Source of the DNA: an uncultured Verrucomicrobiae bacterium
Lineage (GTDB): Bacteria; Verrucomicrobiota; Verrucomicrobiia; Chthoniobacterales; JAFAMB01
Assembly: GCA_963782115.1 (NCBI GenBank)
Contig: CAWAIK010000002.1
Location: forward strand, 1-64,000
Length of the DNA stretch: 64,000 nucleotides
Direction: 5' to 3'
A program made the position numbers and the translations under genes. Every line of letters begins with the position of its first letter. Within the stretch, counting starts at the first letter, position 1. Below are positions 30,786-41,168 of the stretch, piece by piece. The notes beneath the pieces are model-generated. The model worked only from the letters and a program-made list of their open reading frames with translations. It searched no databases and was not told the origin of the DNA.

Positions 30786-31010
30786 CAATCGCTCGGATCG
30801 TAAATCCTCTTCTCGCCGCCGTCAAACAACTCAAGAAAGAACGCGGGCTCGCGAAGGGATCGGAGGGAGTGATACTCTGCTAGCTTGGCAGCTTCCGACA
30901 CTGAGATTGGCAAACGGAGCGTTCCTGAGATCTATTTCCACCATGCGCTTGCGAAACCGGTCACCTTGGTATTTGGAAGGAAGCCGATTCAAACGTTTCA
31001 GAGTTATCTC

Positions 31011-32405
31011 ATGCAAAAACCAGTTCACCGGATCCATTTTCTAGGAATTTGCGGGAGCGCCATGGGCGCTGTTGCGGCCGCCTTCCGGGAGCTGGGTTTC
31101 ATCGTCACGGGATCCGACGAGAATATCTATCCCCCGATGTCCACGTTCCTCGAAGCGAAAGAAATCAAGATTTCAAGTGGATTCAGGCCCGAAAATATCC
31201 CGGCAGAGGTGGATTTGGTCGTGATTGGAAACGCGCTTTGTCGCGGAAACTCAGAACTTGAGGCGGTGCTGGACAGAAAACTCCCTTATCGGTCGCTTCC
31301 GGAGACGCTCAAGGATTTCTTTCTGCAAGGCAAAACCAACATTGTGGTCACCGGAACGCATGGAAAAACGACAACCACCTCGCTGGTCAGCTGGATCTTT
31401 CGTGAAGCTTCCTGCGACCCTGGTTTTTTGATCGGAGGGATCGCCAGAGACCTGGCGCGGGGCGCAGCCTTCGGGAATTCGAACTTTTTCATTCTCGAAG
31501 GAGACGAGTATGACACGTCCTTTTTCGATAAACGGTCCAAATTCCTTCATTATCTTCCCGAAACCGTCGTCATCAATAATATCGAGTTCGACCACGCCGA
31601 TATCTTTTCAAGCCTCGATGAAATCAAACTCAGCTTTCGGCGTCTGGTGAATATTGTGCCGGGCAAAGGGTCTATTTTCATCAATGCCGATGATGCGAAC
31701 TGCGCGGAAGTCGTGACGAAGTCGCTCAGCCAGGTTTTCACTGTCGGTTTCAAGGAAGACGCTACGCACCGTATTACCAATGTTCGGTACGACAGTGCGG
31801 GGACGGAGTTTGTTTTGTGCAATCATTGGTTTCAGTCGTCGCTGATTGGGGAATTTAACGTCCGAAATGCGGCAATGGCAGTTTCGGTTGCGCTCGCGTA
31901 CCGGCTGCCGATTGCAGTTATTCAAAGCGCACTGGCTCGGTTTGCTGGAGTGGCGCGTCGCCAGGAACTCCGCGGCGAGGTCAACGGAATAAAGGTGATC
32001 GACGACTTTGGCCATCATCCAACAGCGATTCGCGAAACACTCCACGCGCTGAGGCATCGATATCCAGGGCACAAAATCTGGGCCATCTTCGAACCGCGAT
32101 CAAACACGACACGAAGAGCCATCTTTCAAACCGCGCTTCCGGAAGCGCTGAGATTTGCGGATGGCGTTATACTGGCCCGGGTCGCAAGACCGGATCAACT
32201 GCCGACGGACGATCGATTGGATCCAGAACGAGTCGTCCAAACTCTGCAAGCGTGTGGTATTCCTGCGTTCTACGAGCCTTACGTAGAAGATATTTTGCAG
32301 CGGGTGAAGCCTCTGGCCAAACCGGGCGATGTCATCGTAGTCTTCAGCAACGGCGGTTTCGAAGGGATCCATCAACGCTTATTGACAGAGTTATCAGCCG
32401 CATGA
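31011..32405 (+). CDS. mpl: UDP-MurNAc:L-Ala-gamma-D-Glu-mDAP ligase (murein peptide ligase)
   Basis: IHFLGICGSAM, YPPMSTFL, GTHGKTTT, EGDEYDTSFFDKRSKFLHY, DDFGHHPTAI, FEPRSNT, SNGGF. Confidence 0.92.
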   Translation: MQKPVHRIHFLGICGSAMGAVAAAFRELGFIVTGSDENIYPPMSTFLEAKEIKISSGFRPENIPAEVDLVVIGNALCRGNSELEAVLDRKLPYRSLPETLKDFFLQGKTNIVVTGTHGKTTTTSLVSWIFREASCDPGFLIGGIARDLARGAAFGNSNFFILEGDEYDTSFFDKRSKFLHYLPETVVINNIEFDHADIFSSLDEIKLSFRRLVNIVPGKGSIFINADDANCAEVVTKSLSQVFTVGFKEDATHRITNVRYDSAGTEFVLCNHWFQSSLIGEFNVRNAAMAVSVALAYRLPIAVIQSALARFAGVARRQELRGEVNGIKVIDDFGHHPTAIRETLHALRHRYPGHKIWAIFEPRSNTTRRAIFQTALPEALRFADGVILARVARPDQLPTDDRLDPERVVQTLQACGIPAFYEPYVEDILQRVKPLAKPGDVIVVFSNGGFEGIHQRLLTELSAA

Positions 32406-33157
32406 ATTTCGAGTTTCAACGGCACCGGGTCCACGATTATCGATTCCTCAGCGAACGCTGGCAAAATCTTGCTCGGAAAGCAGGATTGAAAGGCTTGGTT
32501 TACTCCACGGCGGAAGAGTTTGAGTTATTCTGTTTTATCTCACCGGCGTTGGATAGTGGAAGCGGAATTTACTTATCGGCGGGAATCCACGGCGATGAAC
32601 CGGCTTCGACTGAAGGACTCTATCAGTGGGCCGAACTCCATCGCTCGATTCTGCGCGATATCCCGGTAATGATATTCCCATGCCTTAATCCCTGGGGGTT
32701 GGTGCACAATCGGAGGACAGATTCGGAAAATCGCGATTTGAATCGCTGCTATCATTTGGACAGCATCCCGCGAATCAATGCCCAAAAAGAGCTGCTGCGA
32801 GACCGAAAATTCCGGCTGGCAATGTGTCTTCACGAGGATTACGACGCTCAAGGAGTTTACCTCTACGAGATACGCAAAAAACTTACTACTTTCGGACGCG
32901 AACTCCTCGCGGCGGCCGGGTATTATGTACCGATCGACCCGCGCCTAACCATCGAAGGCCGCCGCGCCGATCAAGGCTGGATCGCCCGGAAAATCAATCT
33001 CAAGCGGTTTCCAGTCGTCGCTGAGGCCATCTACCTCGGATCAAGCCACAGCGAACGCACGATAACCGCGGAGACACCTTCCGAATATGACCTTGGTCCG
33101 AGAATTCAGGCTCATATCGCGATGATCCAACGGGCGATCGAACTGAGCTTCCTCTGA
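32402..33157 (+). CDS. M14 family zinc carboxypeptidase (MpaA/AstE-like)
   Basis: AGIHGDEPA, PCLNPWG, DLNR, LHED, ETPS; ATG overlaps the mpl stop. Confidence 0.85.
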   Translation: MNFEFQRHRVHDYRFLSERWQNLARKAGLKGLVYSTAEEFELFCFISPALDSGSGIYLSAGIHGDEPASTEGLYQWAELHRSILRDIPVMIFPCLNPWGLVHNRRTDSENRDLNRCYHLDSIPRINAQKELLRDRKFRLAMCLHEDYDAQGVYLYEIRKKLTTFGRELLAAAGYYVPIDPRLTIEGRRADQGWIARKINLKRFPVVAEAIYLGSSHSERTITAETPSEYDLGPRIQAHIAMIQRAIELSFL

Positions 33158-33181
33158 CTTCAAGAGCCTGCACGGGCTGGG

Positions 33182-34594
33182 CTATCCACCCACGAAGCCC
33201 TCTCCACCGGGTCTAGTCATCTCAACCGGATCCAGTGCCCGGTTAAGCTCACTCTCCGGGAGCACTTGTTTTTCCCGGCAGATCTCACGGATAGTTTTCC
33301 CGGTCTTAGCGCTCTCTTTGGCAATCTCAGCCGCGCGATCGTACCCGATAATGGGAGCCAGGCTGGTGACCATGGCCATACTGTACTCGACTAATTCCTG
33401 ACACCGCTCACGATTCGCGGTGATCCCGTTCACACATTTGTCGTGAAACGCCCGAACCACATTGGTTAGCAGCCGGATGTTCTCAAGGATATTGTGGGCC
33501 ATCATCGGCATCATCACATTCAATTCCAAATTTCCATTGGCTCCTCCCCAGCAGAGAGCCGTGTCGTTGCCGATCACCTGTGCACAAACCTGAATCACCG
33601 ATTCACAAAGCACCGGGTTGACCTTACCCGGCATAATCGAACTGCCTGGCTGCATCGCAGGCAATTGGATCTCGCCGATGCCACAACGCGGACCGCTGCC
33701 CAGCCAGCGAATATCATTAGCGATCTTAAAGAGGCTGACTGCCAGAGTCCGTATCTCGCCGCTGGCCTCGACCAATCCGTCTTTCGCCCCCTGCGCTTCA
33801 AAATGGTTGCGGGCTTCGCGAAAAGCCACTCCTGTCCTGTTCCAGAGATATCCCATCACGCGGCCGGGAAATTCCGGGTGGCAATTTAATCCAGTTCCGA
33901 CCGCCGTACCCCCCAGGGCAAGCTCTTCGACAGCGGCGATCGCGTTCCCCACTCGGAGCTTACCGTGTTCGACCTGTTTGGCATATGCGCTGAACTCCTG
34001 TCCGAGCCGGATCGGGGTGGCGTCCATCAAATGTGTTCGCCCGATTTTGATGATTTCCCAGAATTCCTGGGTTTTTGCTTCGAGTCCACGCTGCAAATGC
34101 TCCAGTGCCGGCATCAGATCGTTCCGGACCGATTCAGCGACGGCGATATGGATTGCTGTAGGGATCACATCGTTACTGGATTGGCCCATATTCACATGAT
34201 CATTGGGGTGGACCGGTTCCCTGAGACCGATCGGCTTTCCCATAATTTGACTCACGCGATTCGCGATCACCTCGTTGGCGTTCATGTTCGTGCTTGTGCC
34301 CGAACCGGTCTGGAAGATGTCGATCGGAAAGTGGCTGTCCAATTTTCCTTCTATTATCTCCTCCGCGGCCTGAACGATGAGACGGCTGCGCTCCTCGTCG
34401 AGTCTCTCAAGATCCCGATTTGCCTGCGCGGCCGCCCACTTGACGAGTCCGAGCGCACGAATGAATGGACGACCGAACCGATACCCGCTCACCGGGAAAT
34501 TGAGGATTGCACGCTGGGTCGTCGCGCCATACAGCGCATCAGTAGGCACCTCCATAGTGCCCATGGAATCTTTTTCGGTGCGGGTTGTTTGCAT
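33182..34594 (-). CDS. fumC: class II fumarate hydratase
   Basis: QTGSGTSTNMN, HPNDHVN..QSSND, GRTHLMDA, GSSIMPGKVNP. Confidence 0.95.
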   Translation of the reverse strand: MQTTRTEKDSMGTMEVPTDALYGATTQRAILNFPVSGYRFGRPFIRALGLVKWAAAQANRDLERLDEERSRLIVQAAEEIIEGKLDSHFPIDIFQTGSGTSTNMNANEVIANRVSQIMGKPIGLREPVHPNDHVNMGQSSNDVIPTAIHIAVAESVRNDLMPALEHLQRGLEAKTQEFWEIIKIGRTHLMDATPIRLGQEFSAYAKQVEHGKLRVGNAIAAVEELALGGTAVGTGLNCHPEFPGRVMGYLWNRTGVAFREARNHFEAQGAKDGLVEASGEIRTLAVSLFKIANDIRWLGSGPRCGIGEIQLPAMQPGSSIMPGKVNPVLCESVIQVCAQVIGNDTALCWGGANGNLELNVMMPMMAHNILENIRLLTNVVRAFHDKCVNGITANRERCQELVEYSMAMVTSLAPIIGYDRAAEIAKESAKTGKTIREICREKQVLPESELNRALDPVEMTRPGGEGFVGG

Positions 34595-34956
34595 AGTTGA
34601 GATTGATTATTTCTCCGCTTGCCTCTCGAAAAATGAAAGCCGATTCTTCGTGATCTCCGCGCCGAAGGTCCGGGAATGCAACCCACCGAGCCGAAGAAAA
34701 CCCTTAGCCGCCGCCCTTGGGTATCCATTTCAGGTGGAGGCTCCCAGTGCAGTTCGCCTTAAAGGATCATCCAATTCATGCCGCAACGGCAGACATCGCA
34801 GCGGTGCTTCTGTCCGATCAGCAGGGGTCCTTCGGCTGAAATTTCATACCTTTTTTGGTTGAGGTATTTGCCGGTTATAAAATGGGGAGCTTGACACGCT
34901 GGACTTATTTTCATAACAGGCCTACAGTTCTTGTAACTTTTTTATCTAATTCATCC

Positions 34957-35520
34957 GTGAGTGAAACCCCTAATCATAATCTTCTTACCGTAAAAGAGAC
35001 CGCCGAGTATTTACGGATACCGCTTCCCACAGTTTACTACCTTGTTCAGAGGGGGCAGATACCCGCGATTCAAATTGGCGGACGGTGGAGAATTAAGAAA
35101 TCTTCACTAGATCGCGACATCCTGCGCCAGGATAAACAGGGTCAACCAACAGTGTTGGTGGTCGATGATGATCCTGATCTTCAAGAGTTATTTAAATCAT
35201 TTTTGAAAAAAATCGGATTTAGTCGAGTGGTTGTCGGGACGGCCAAGGACGCAATCTCAAGCTTGAGAAAGCAAAAGTTCGATCTGATGTTTTTGGACCT
35301 GCAGTTACCGGACGCGCCTGGAGACCAGGTTTACAAAACGGCCAAGCACATCGATCCCGATTTGAATGTTATCGTTATTACCGGTTACCCCGACAGCGAG
35401 GTGCTGGACAGAATATTGCAGATCAGTCCCGTGACCGTTCTCAAAAAGCCGCTCAAGATCGAGCAGTTAAATCAGACGGTCAAAATCCTCGGCCACTCCA
35501 CTGCAAGGGTCGAATCCTAG
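34957..35520 (+). CDS. response regulator with N-terminal excisionase-type HTH
   Basis: LLTVKETAEYLRI..GQIPAIQIGGRWRI plus VLVVDDD..FLDLQLPD..ITGY..KP. Confidence 0.88.
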   Translation: MSETPNHNLLTVKETAEYLRIPLPTVYYLVQRGQIPAIQIGGRWRIKKSSLDRDILRQDKQGQPTVLVVDDDPDLQELFKSFLKKIGFSRVVVGTAKDAISSLRKQKFDLMFLDLQLPDAPGDQVYKTAKHIDPDLNVIVITGYPDSEVLDRILQISPVTVLKKPLKIEQLNQTVKILGHSTARVES

Positions 35521-35667
35521 GAATTGCGCCAGGACGCAATGCATTGGTTATCGTTTTGCCTGCAACGTCTTCTGCACTCCACATCCGGACCGAGATAGCG
35601 GTGGGTTGGAATGTGCGGTCGATCTTCTCGATCCTGTTTGGGGTAACTCTTAGGGCGACAGTTACTA

Positions 35668-36788
35668 GTAGTTACTTGCAAAAATAAGCGATATTATTTC
35701 GCAGCGGCTGTTGTTTGATTTCGGCTTGGCGCCATTCAAAGGGAGCCGCTTGTTCATTGTAAGCGCAGATGAAGTAGTCGATTGCTTCTCGTAACTGTTT
35801 GACATCGACAAAGCTGGCTCCTTGGAGCGCTTGGCGGCTCAAAATGCTAAACCAGGACTCAATCTGATTGAGCCACGACGCATGCGTTGGGGTAAAATGA
35901 AAATGGACGTTGGGATGATTCTTGAGCCAGCGGTCACGCTTGGGCTTGTGGGTATTAAGGTTATCGAGAATGACATGAATTTCTTTTTCGTTGCCGTAGG
36001 TGCCTATGATGCCATTCATGAAATCCAGGAACTCCCGGCGGCGGCGGCGTTTGTAATGGCCAGCCTTCACCAAGCCAGTGGCGATTTCTAGAGCCGCGAA
36101 GAGCGTCGTTGTGCCGTGCCTTTCGTATTCATGAGCAAACCCCGAGACGGCCCGTCCGTTGGGTAATCGGATGTAGCCTTGAGCTCGCTCCAGAGCTTGG
36201 ATGCTAGGCTTTTCATCCACGCTTATGACGATGGCATTTTCCGGTGGTTTAAGATAGAGACCAACAATTTCGCTCGCCTTACGGGAAAACTCCGGATCGG
36301 TACTCACACACCAACTCTGGCGGCGATCCAAATGCAAGTCGTGCTTGCGCATGACTCGCCACACCGCATCATCACTGACATCACCCAAAGCCTTGGCCAC
36401 CAACCGGCCATTCCAGCGCGCAAATCCTTGTGGCGGCGCTTCAGCCAACTGATCAAGAATTCGCCGTTCGACGCTCTCATCGTTGATCACTTTGCGCCCA
36501 CTGCGTTGTTCATCCTCCAAGCCCGGCACCCTCAGCTTAGCGAAACGCTTGCGCCACTTGCTCACCCTGGATGGTCGCGTCTCAAGCTCCTTGGCAATCT
36601 GATGCGTCGTCTTACCATCAGCGCAGCGCAGAACTATCTTGGCTCGCTCTACCTTGCGTTGCTCTGTCTTTCCGGATTTAAGCCATCTATTCAGCTCGTC
36701 CGTCTCTTCTGCGCTCAGCTCAATCTTGACCGCCGCTCGACTCATTCAAGAATATGAGCATATATCGTTTATTTTTGCAAGTAACTAC
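35668..36788 (-). mobile_element. complete IS630-family element
   Basis: 27-bp IRs GTAGTTACTTGCAAAAATAA(G/A)CGATAT (26/27), flanked by duplicated TA in CTAG context. Confidence 0.92.
35672..36745 (-). CDS. IS630 transposase
   Basis: SVDEKPSIQAL, YERHGTTTLFAAL, ILDNLNTHK, HFTPTHASWLNQIESWF. Confidence 0.93.
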   Translation of the reverse strand: MSRAAVKIELSAEETDELNRWLKSGKTEQRKVERAKIVLRCADGKTTHQIAKELETRPSRVSKWRKRFAKLRVPGLEDEQRSGRKVINDESVERRILDQLAEAPPQGFARWNGRLVAKALGDVSDDAVWRVMRKHDLHLDRRQSWCVSTDPEFSRKASEIVGLYLKPPENAIVISVDEKPSIQALERAQGYIRLPNGRAVSGFAHEYERHGTTTLFAALEIATGLVKAGHYKRRRRREFLDFMNGIIGTYGNEKEIHVILDNLNTHKPKRDRWLKNHPNVHFHFTPTHASWLNQIESWFSILSRQALQGASFVDVKQLREAIDYFICAYNEQAAPFEWRQAEIKQQPLRNNIAYFCK

Positions 36789-36815
36789 TAGTTCCTCCTG
36801 CGCCTGCCTGGACCC

Positions 36816-37697
36816 TCATTCTTCCTTTTTGTTCACTAACCCCTCCAGGTAGATCCGATTTTGTTTCGCGACCTCCGTCGGGTTCGAAGGCGTTGTATCC
36901 TGCTCAACAACCAACCACCCGTCGTAATGATGGTCTTCCAACGCCCGGATCACGTCCGGGACGCGCACGATCCCTTCGCCTAGCGGGGCAAAAATGAATC
37001 CCTTCAATGCCGCCTGGAAACTCCAGTTCTCTTCTTTCGACCGTTGCAACACTTTACCGTCCACATCCTTGATGTGAACGTATCGCACGCGGTCGCCGTA
37101 CTTTTCGAGCATTTCAAAGGTGTCCCCGCCGCCGTAGGCAAGGTGTCCGCAGTCAAGGCACCACCCAACGTAGCTCGGATCGGTTACCTGCAGCAGCCTT
37201 GCTGTTTCGGCTCCGGTTTCAACGTAAGTGCCGACATGGTTGTGAAACACCAGCTCGATGCCCTCTTCAAGAAGCAATCTTCCCAGCTCATCGAGGCCCT
37301 GCCCCAGGTTCTTCCACTGTTCGTCCGTCAGACCCCCACCCGGATCGACATGACCCGCCTCGTTGAGCCTTTTATCATCCCCGCTGTCCGCCGCGATCAG
37401 GTAGCTTCCTCCGATTGATTTGAAGAAACGTCCAACCTCCAACCCTCGCCTGATCTCGGCTTTCCGCCGTGCTCCGTCGCGCAGTTCTAAACGGACAAAC
37501 CCGCCCAGCATCTGCAGCCGGTAACTCTGCAAATCGGCGTTCATTGTCTTCGGGTCTTTCGGCATATTCATACCCCACTCGGTCGCTGCGTAACCGGCAG
37601 TCACCATCTCCTGGATGAGCTGTGGGTAAGGAGTCCATTCGCGGTAGTCAGGAGCGTCGTTGTTATTCCAGTTTACAGGTGCGGTCGCTAGCTTCAT
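36816..37697 (-). CDS. sugar phosphate isomerase/epimerase TIM barrel (IolE-like inosose dehydratase)
   Basis: APVNWNNND, FHNHVGTYVET, LDCGHL..GG, VHIKDV, LGEG, GWLVVEQD. Confidence 0.8.
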   Translation of the reverse strand: MKLATAPVNWNNNDAPDYREWTPYPQLIQEMVTAGYAATEWGMNMPKDPKTMNADLQSYRLQMLGGFVRLELRDGARRKAEIRRGLEVGRFFKSIGGSYLIAADSGDDKRLNEAGHVDPGGGLTDEQWKNLGQGLDELGRLLLEEGIELVFHNHVGTYVETGAETARLLQVTDPSYVGWCLDCGHLAYGGGDTFEMLEKYGDRVRYVHIKDVDGKVLQRSKEENWSFQAALKGFIFAPLGEGIVRVPDVIRALEDHHYDGWLVVEQDTTPSNPTEVAKQNRIYLEGLVNKKEE

Positions 37698-37894
37698 GCG
37701 AATACAGGTCATTGGTTTTCAGTTGCTGCGCACGGTCCGTTCGATGTCGCGCAGGCGAACAGAATCCACGGGGGGAATTCGAGGTTGCGTTTGATTTCGA
37801 TCTGTTAACTGAATGAAACCCAGCTCGTCAAGCAAAACCCGGTCCCTCCGGAACTATTGAACCAGCGATTTCGAATCGAAATCCACGCGCCATC

Positions 37895-38330
37895 CTACGT
37901 AATAAAATAACTCAAGTTCTCCAACTCGATCGCCAGATTGACATTGTTGACAACAACGTTCTTCGGAACCTGCAGAATGATTGTGGAGAAGTTCAGAATC
38001 GCTTGAATGCCCCCTTCGACGAGCGCATTTGCGACGGACTGCGCACTCGTTCCTGGAACCGTCAAGATGGCAAGTTTTACGCCATGCTCGGAGATAAACA
38101 ATTTCAAGCAATCCATAGGAAGGATCGGAATTTTTGAAGGCCCGCCTTTCGTGCGCCACGGTCGGATGTCGAAAGCCGCGACGATCTCGAACCCCTCTTT
38201 GGCAAAGCCATCATAGTGGATCAGGGCTGAACCCAAGTTGCCGGCTCCGACAAGAATGACCGGTTGATAGCGGGCCGTACGAAGCACACTTGCAAGTTGT
38301 CTCTCGAGTGACTCGACCTTATAACCACGT
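37895..38330 (-). pseudogene. rex: redox-sensing repressor Rex, lacking the N-terminal DNA-binding domain
   Basis: RGYKVESL..VILVGAGNLGSAL..Y.GF..EGFEIVAAFD..AILTVP..AILNF..LAIELENLSYF; similarity stops at ~38330. Confidence 0.8.
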
Positions 38331-38459
38331 GGACTCGCGCTTACGCCGATCCGCCGGCGCGTGACCCCTCAGTCACCGAACAAACATTTCCCCAAATAAC
38401 CGGCAATTGCCGTGTTCCGTCTTTCAGCGTAAGAGGCAACCGGCTGAGGCTCGATCCGG

Positions 38460-38615
38460 TTACTTGAAGAATCGAGACGTGAACCATCCGAGATTTTCGA
38501 TTTCAATCCTAGTGCCCTCAATGAAATTTTGGGGTCCGTGCTCTATCACAACGACCCAGCAAAAGGTGGCAATTGCAAAAAAGCTTAACCAGAGCACCAA
38601 ACGAAAATAGCGCAC
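38460..38615 (-). CDS. small membrane protein (51 aa, below the ORF-track cutoff)
   Basis: Manual translation MRYFRLVLWLSFFAIATFCWVVVIEHGPQNFIEGTRIEIENLGWFTSRFFK*. Confidence 0.55.
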   Translation of the reverse strand: MRYFRLVLWLSFFAIATFCWVVVIEHGPQNFIEGTRIEIENLGWFTSRFFK

Positions 38616-38720
38616 TTACCGATTCTACGCGTCAGAGGTTGCGACCGCAAGACAGTCGGCCTTTCGCCGATCGCAACGAAAGGCATGATATTTCGCGGAC
38701 AGGACACTACATTATCGACC

Positions 38721-40405
38721 GTGAGTTACCAAGTCTTTGCGCGAAAATATCGACCCCAGGTTTTCGATGACGTGTCTAGGCCAGGATCACGTTGTTCGAA
38801 CGTTGAAGAATGCGATTCAGCAACAGCGCCTGGCTCACGCTTACCTTTTCGTCGGGCCGCGCGGCACGGGCAAGACTTCGACGGCCCGCATTTTGGCCAA
38901 GGCTGTAAACTGCGTCCAAGGCCCGACCGATCAATCCGTGCGGAGTCTGTGACTCCTGCCGAGAGATATCGCAGGGGATCAGCCTCGATGTGCTCGAGAT
39001 CGACGGCGCGAGCAACAATAGCGTGGATCAAATTCGCGAACTCCGCGATAACGTCCGGTTCGCACCTCGAGGAAAATTCAAAATCTACATCATTGACGAG
39101 GTTCACATGTTGACGCAGCAGGCTTTCAACGCGCTGCTGAAAACTTTGGAAGAACCGCCGGCTCATGTGATTTTCATTTTTGCGACTACCGAGCCGCACA
39201 AGGTCCTGCCCACCATCCTGAGCCGTTGCCAACGATTCGATTTGCGGCGGATTCCCGCTCTGACGATCGCGAAGCACCTGGAATATATTGCAGGAAAAGA
39301 GGAGGTCCACCTTGACCAGGACGCTGCTGCCGCGATTGCCGTCGCCGCCGAAGGAGGCCTGCGAGATGCGGAGTCGATGCTGGATCAGTTAGTAGCATTT
39401 TGCGGCAATACCATCGCTGAGAATCAAGTGCTCGAGGTCTTTGGCCTTACCGCCGAACATGTCGTCGCGAATCTGACTCGCGCCATTCTAAGGCAAACGG
39501 CCGCCGACGCGCTCGCGATCGTTCACCAGCAGTCGGAGGCGGGCAAGGATTTGACCAAACTTCTCGGTGACCTGCTGGCTTTCTTTCGGAATCTGTTGAT
39601 TTACAAGATCGACCCGCAAAGTTTGCGTGAAGAAATCAGCGACCATGCGCGCGCCGTGCTCGAGGAACTAGCATCAGTAGTGGACACGAAAAGACTTCTT
39701 CGTTTGATCGAAGGAACTTCTGAAGTGGAAGCTACAATCAAATGGTCTTCGAACAAGAAGCTTCACCTGGAAATTGCGCTGATCCGGGCGATTCAGACGC
39801 TCAGCGAAGTCAACTTGGAAAATGTGATTGATGCCCTTGAAAACCTCCGGGGAGCATCCGTCTCCCCCCTGCTAAAGAGGTGAAAAATACTCCGGCAGAG
39901 GAAAAGAGGGCAATCAAAGAACCGGGCAAGGAGGAAGCCGCGCCAAAGCAGGTCACCGGCACATGGCCTTCGAGTGACGCGGGCGAAGTGGCTTCGCCGG
40001 CAGAGTCATCCGCTTCAAACAATCGAGACGAGAACGAAGCCAAATGAGCCGGAAGAATCGGCGTGGCCCCGGATTTTGGAAGCGATACGCCATCGCAGGC
40101 CTTTGATTGTTTCGTGGCTTCAACCTGCGACCCCGCTTTATCCTGAACGCGGAACACTGAAACTGGCATTTCCGAAAGATCACTCCATCGCGGTGGAGTC
40201 GTTATCCCGACCGAATAACCGGAAGATTTTGGAGGATGTCGCCGGTGAAATCCTCGGCGGAACATGGAAACTCGAATTCGAATTGCGAGACGACCTCTCT
40301 GTGCCTCGCGTAGAAATCGGGCCGCTGAACCCGGTTGACAGTCTTCAAGAACGATCCGATGATTCAAAAAGCTCTGGAAATATTCAAAGCGGAGATCCAG
40401 TCTGA
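38721..40405 (+). CDS. dnaX: DNA polymerase III subunit gamma/tau (several frameshifts, likely sequence errors)
   Basis: [57 protein letters not shown]. Confidence 0.92.
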
Positions 40406-40415
40406 GCCTTAGACG

Positions 40416-40718
40416 ATGAACATCCAGAAAATGATGAAGCAGGCTGCGAAGATGCAGGAGCAATTGAGTGATGCGCTCGCAGAGAAGACTGTGGCGGTGA
40501 GCGTCGGCGGCGAAAAAGTCACCGTCGTGGCAAACGGCCTCGGCGATATCCTCTCAATCAAGATTGCCAAGGAAGTCGTCGACCCGGAAGACACAGAAAT
40601 GCTCGAGGACCTGATCCTGAGCGGAGTCAAACAAGCGATCGAAAAGGGCAAAAGTTTAGCGCAGAACGAGATGGGAAAACTGAGTTCCGGTCTCGGGTTG
40701 CCGCCCGGGATGCTCTAG
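40416..40718 (+). CDS. ebfC: YbaB/EbfC nucleoid-associated protein
   Basis: MNIQKMMKQA.KMQ..GG.KV..G..DPEDTEMLEDLI; follows dnaX. Confidence 0.92.
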   Translation: MNIQKMMKQAAKMQEQLSDALAEKTVAVSVGGEKVTVVANGLGDILSIKIAKEVVDPEDTEMLEDLILSGVKQAIEKGKSLAQNEMGKLSSGLGLPPGML

Positions 40719-40771
40719 ACATTTTCTCTTGAATCGAACCGGGTCGGGATTAGTATCTTGGCCCACTACAC

Positions 40772-40846
40772 TCCTGAGTAGCTCAGTGGTAGAGCGGTCG
40801 GCTGTTAACCGATTGGTCGTAGGTTCGAATCCTACCTCAGGAGCCA
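40772..40846 (+). tRNA. tRNA-Asn(GTT)
   Basis: TCCTGAGTAGCTCAGTGGTAGAGCGGTCGGCT-GTT-AACCGATTGGTCGTAGGTTCGAATCCTACCTCAGGAGCCA. Confidence 0.96.
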
Positions 40847-40910
40847 TTTTTTTCTCTGCCCGGGCCTTGGCTGAAAGAACCTTGGCCTGGAGCCCTGCAC
40901 CTTTTCCGTC

Positions 40911-41075
40911 TCAAGACTCTTGAGTTCGTCTGCGTTTAAGCACTTTGTCAAAGGCGTCCACCGCTCGAAATGCCAACTCGGCCGCAGCGTTTACATCAGT
41001 AATGCTGGGTTGTAGCTGCAGAAAATATTGCCATGCACGCTCTTCATAGCTTTGAAAATCGGACTCGTTACTCAT
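40911..41075 (-). CDS. small hypothetical protein (54 aa)
   Basis: Manual translation MSNESDFQSYEERAWQYFLQLQPSITDVNAAAELAFRAVDAFDKVLKRRRTQES*. Confidence 0.4.
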   Translation of the reverse strand: MSNESDFQSYEERAWQYFLQLQPSITDVNAAAELAFRAVDAFDKVLKRRRTQES

Positions 41076-41168
41076 GCTGGTGAGCATAAGTCAGAAGTTC
41101 GCGACCCGGTGAACGATATTTTTCTGCGAATATTTCGGCCCATGCCGTCACACGACGCTATGCACCTT

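Noticed and set aside
38330..38460. structured ncRNA (SRP RNA, riboswitch or tmRNA piece) near dnaX
   Set aside because: Some pairing is possible but no diagnostic motif was found; an open plus-strand frame explains the region equally well.
39860..39890. dnaX frame break at a C6 run after the clamp-loader domains as a programmed gamma/tau frameshift
   Set aside because: The same gene has other single-base breaks (~38775, ~38930) within essential motifs, and ppdK and others do too; sequencing error is the simpler explanation.
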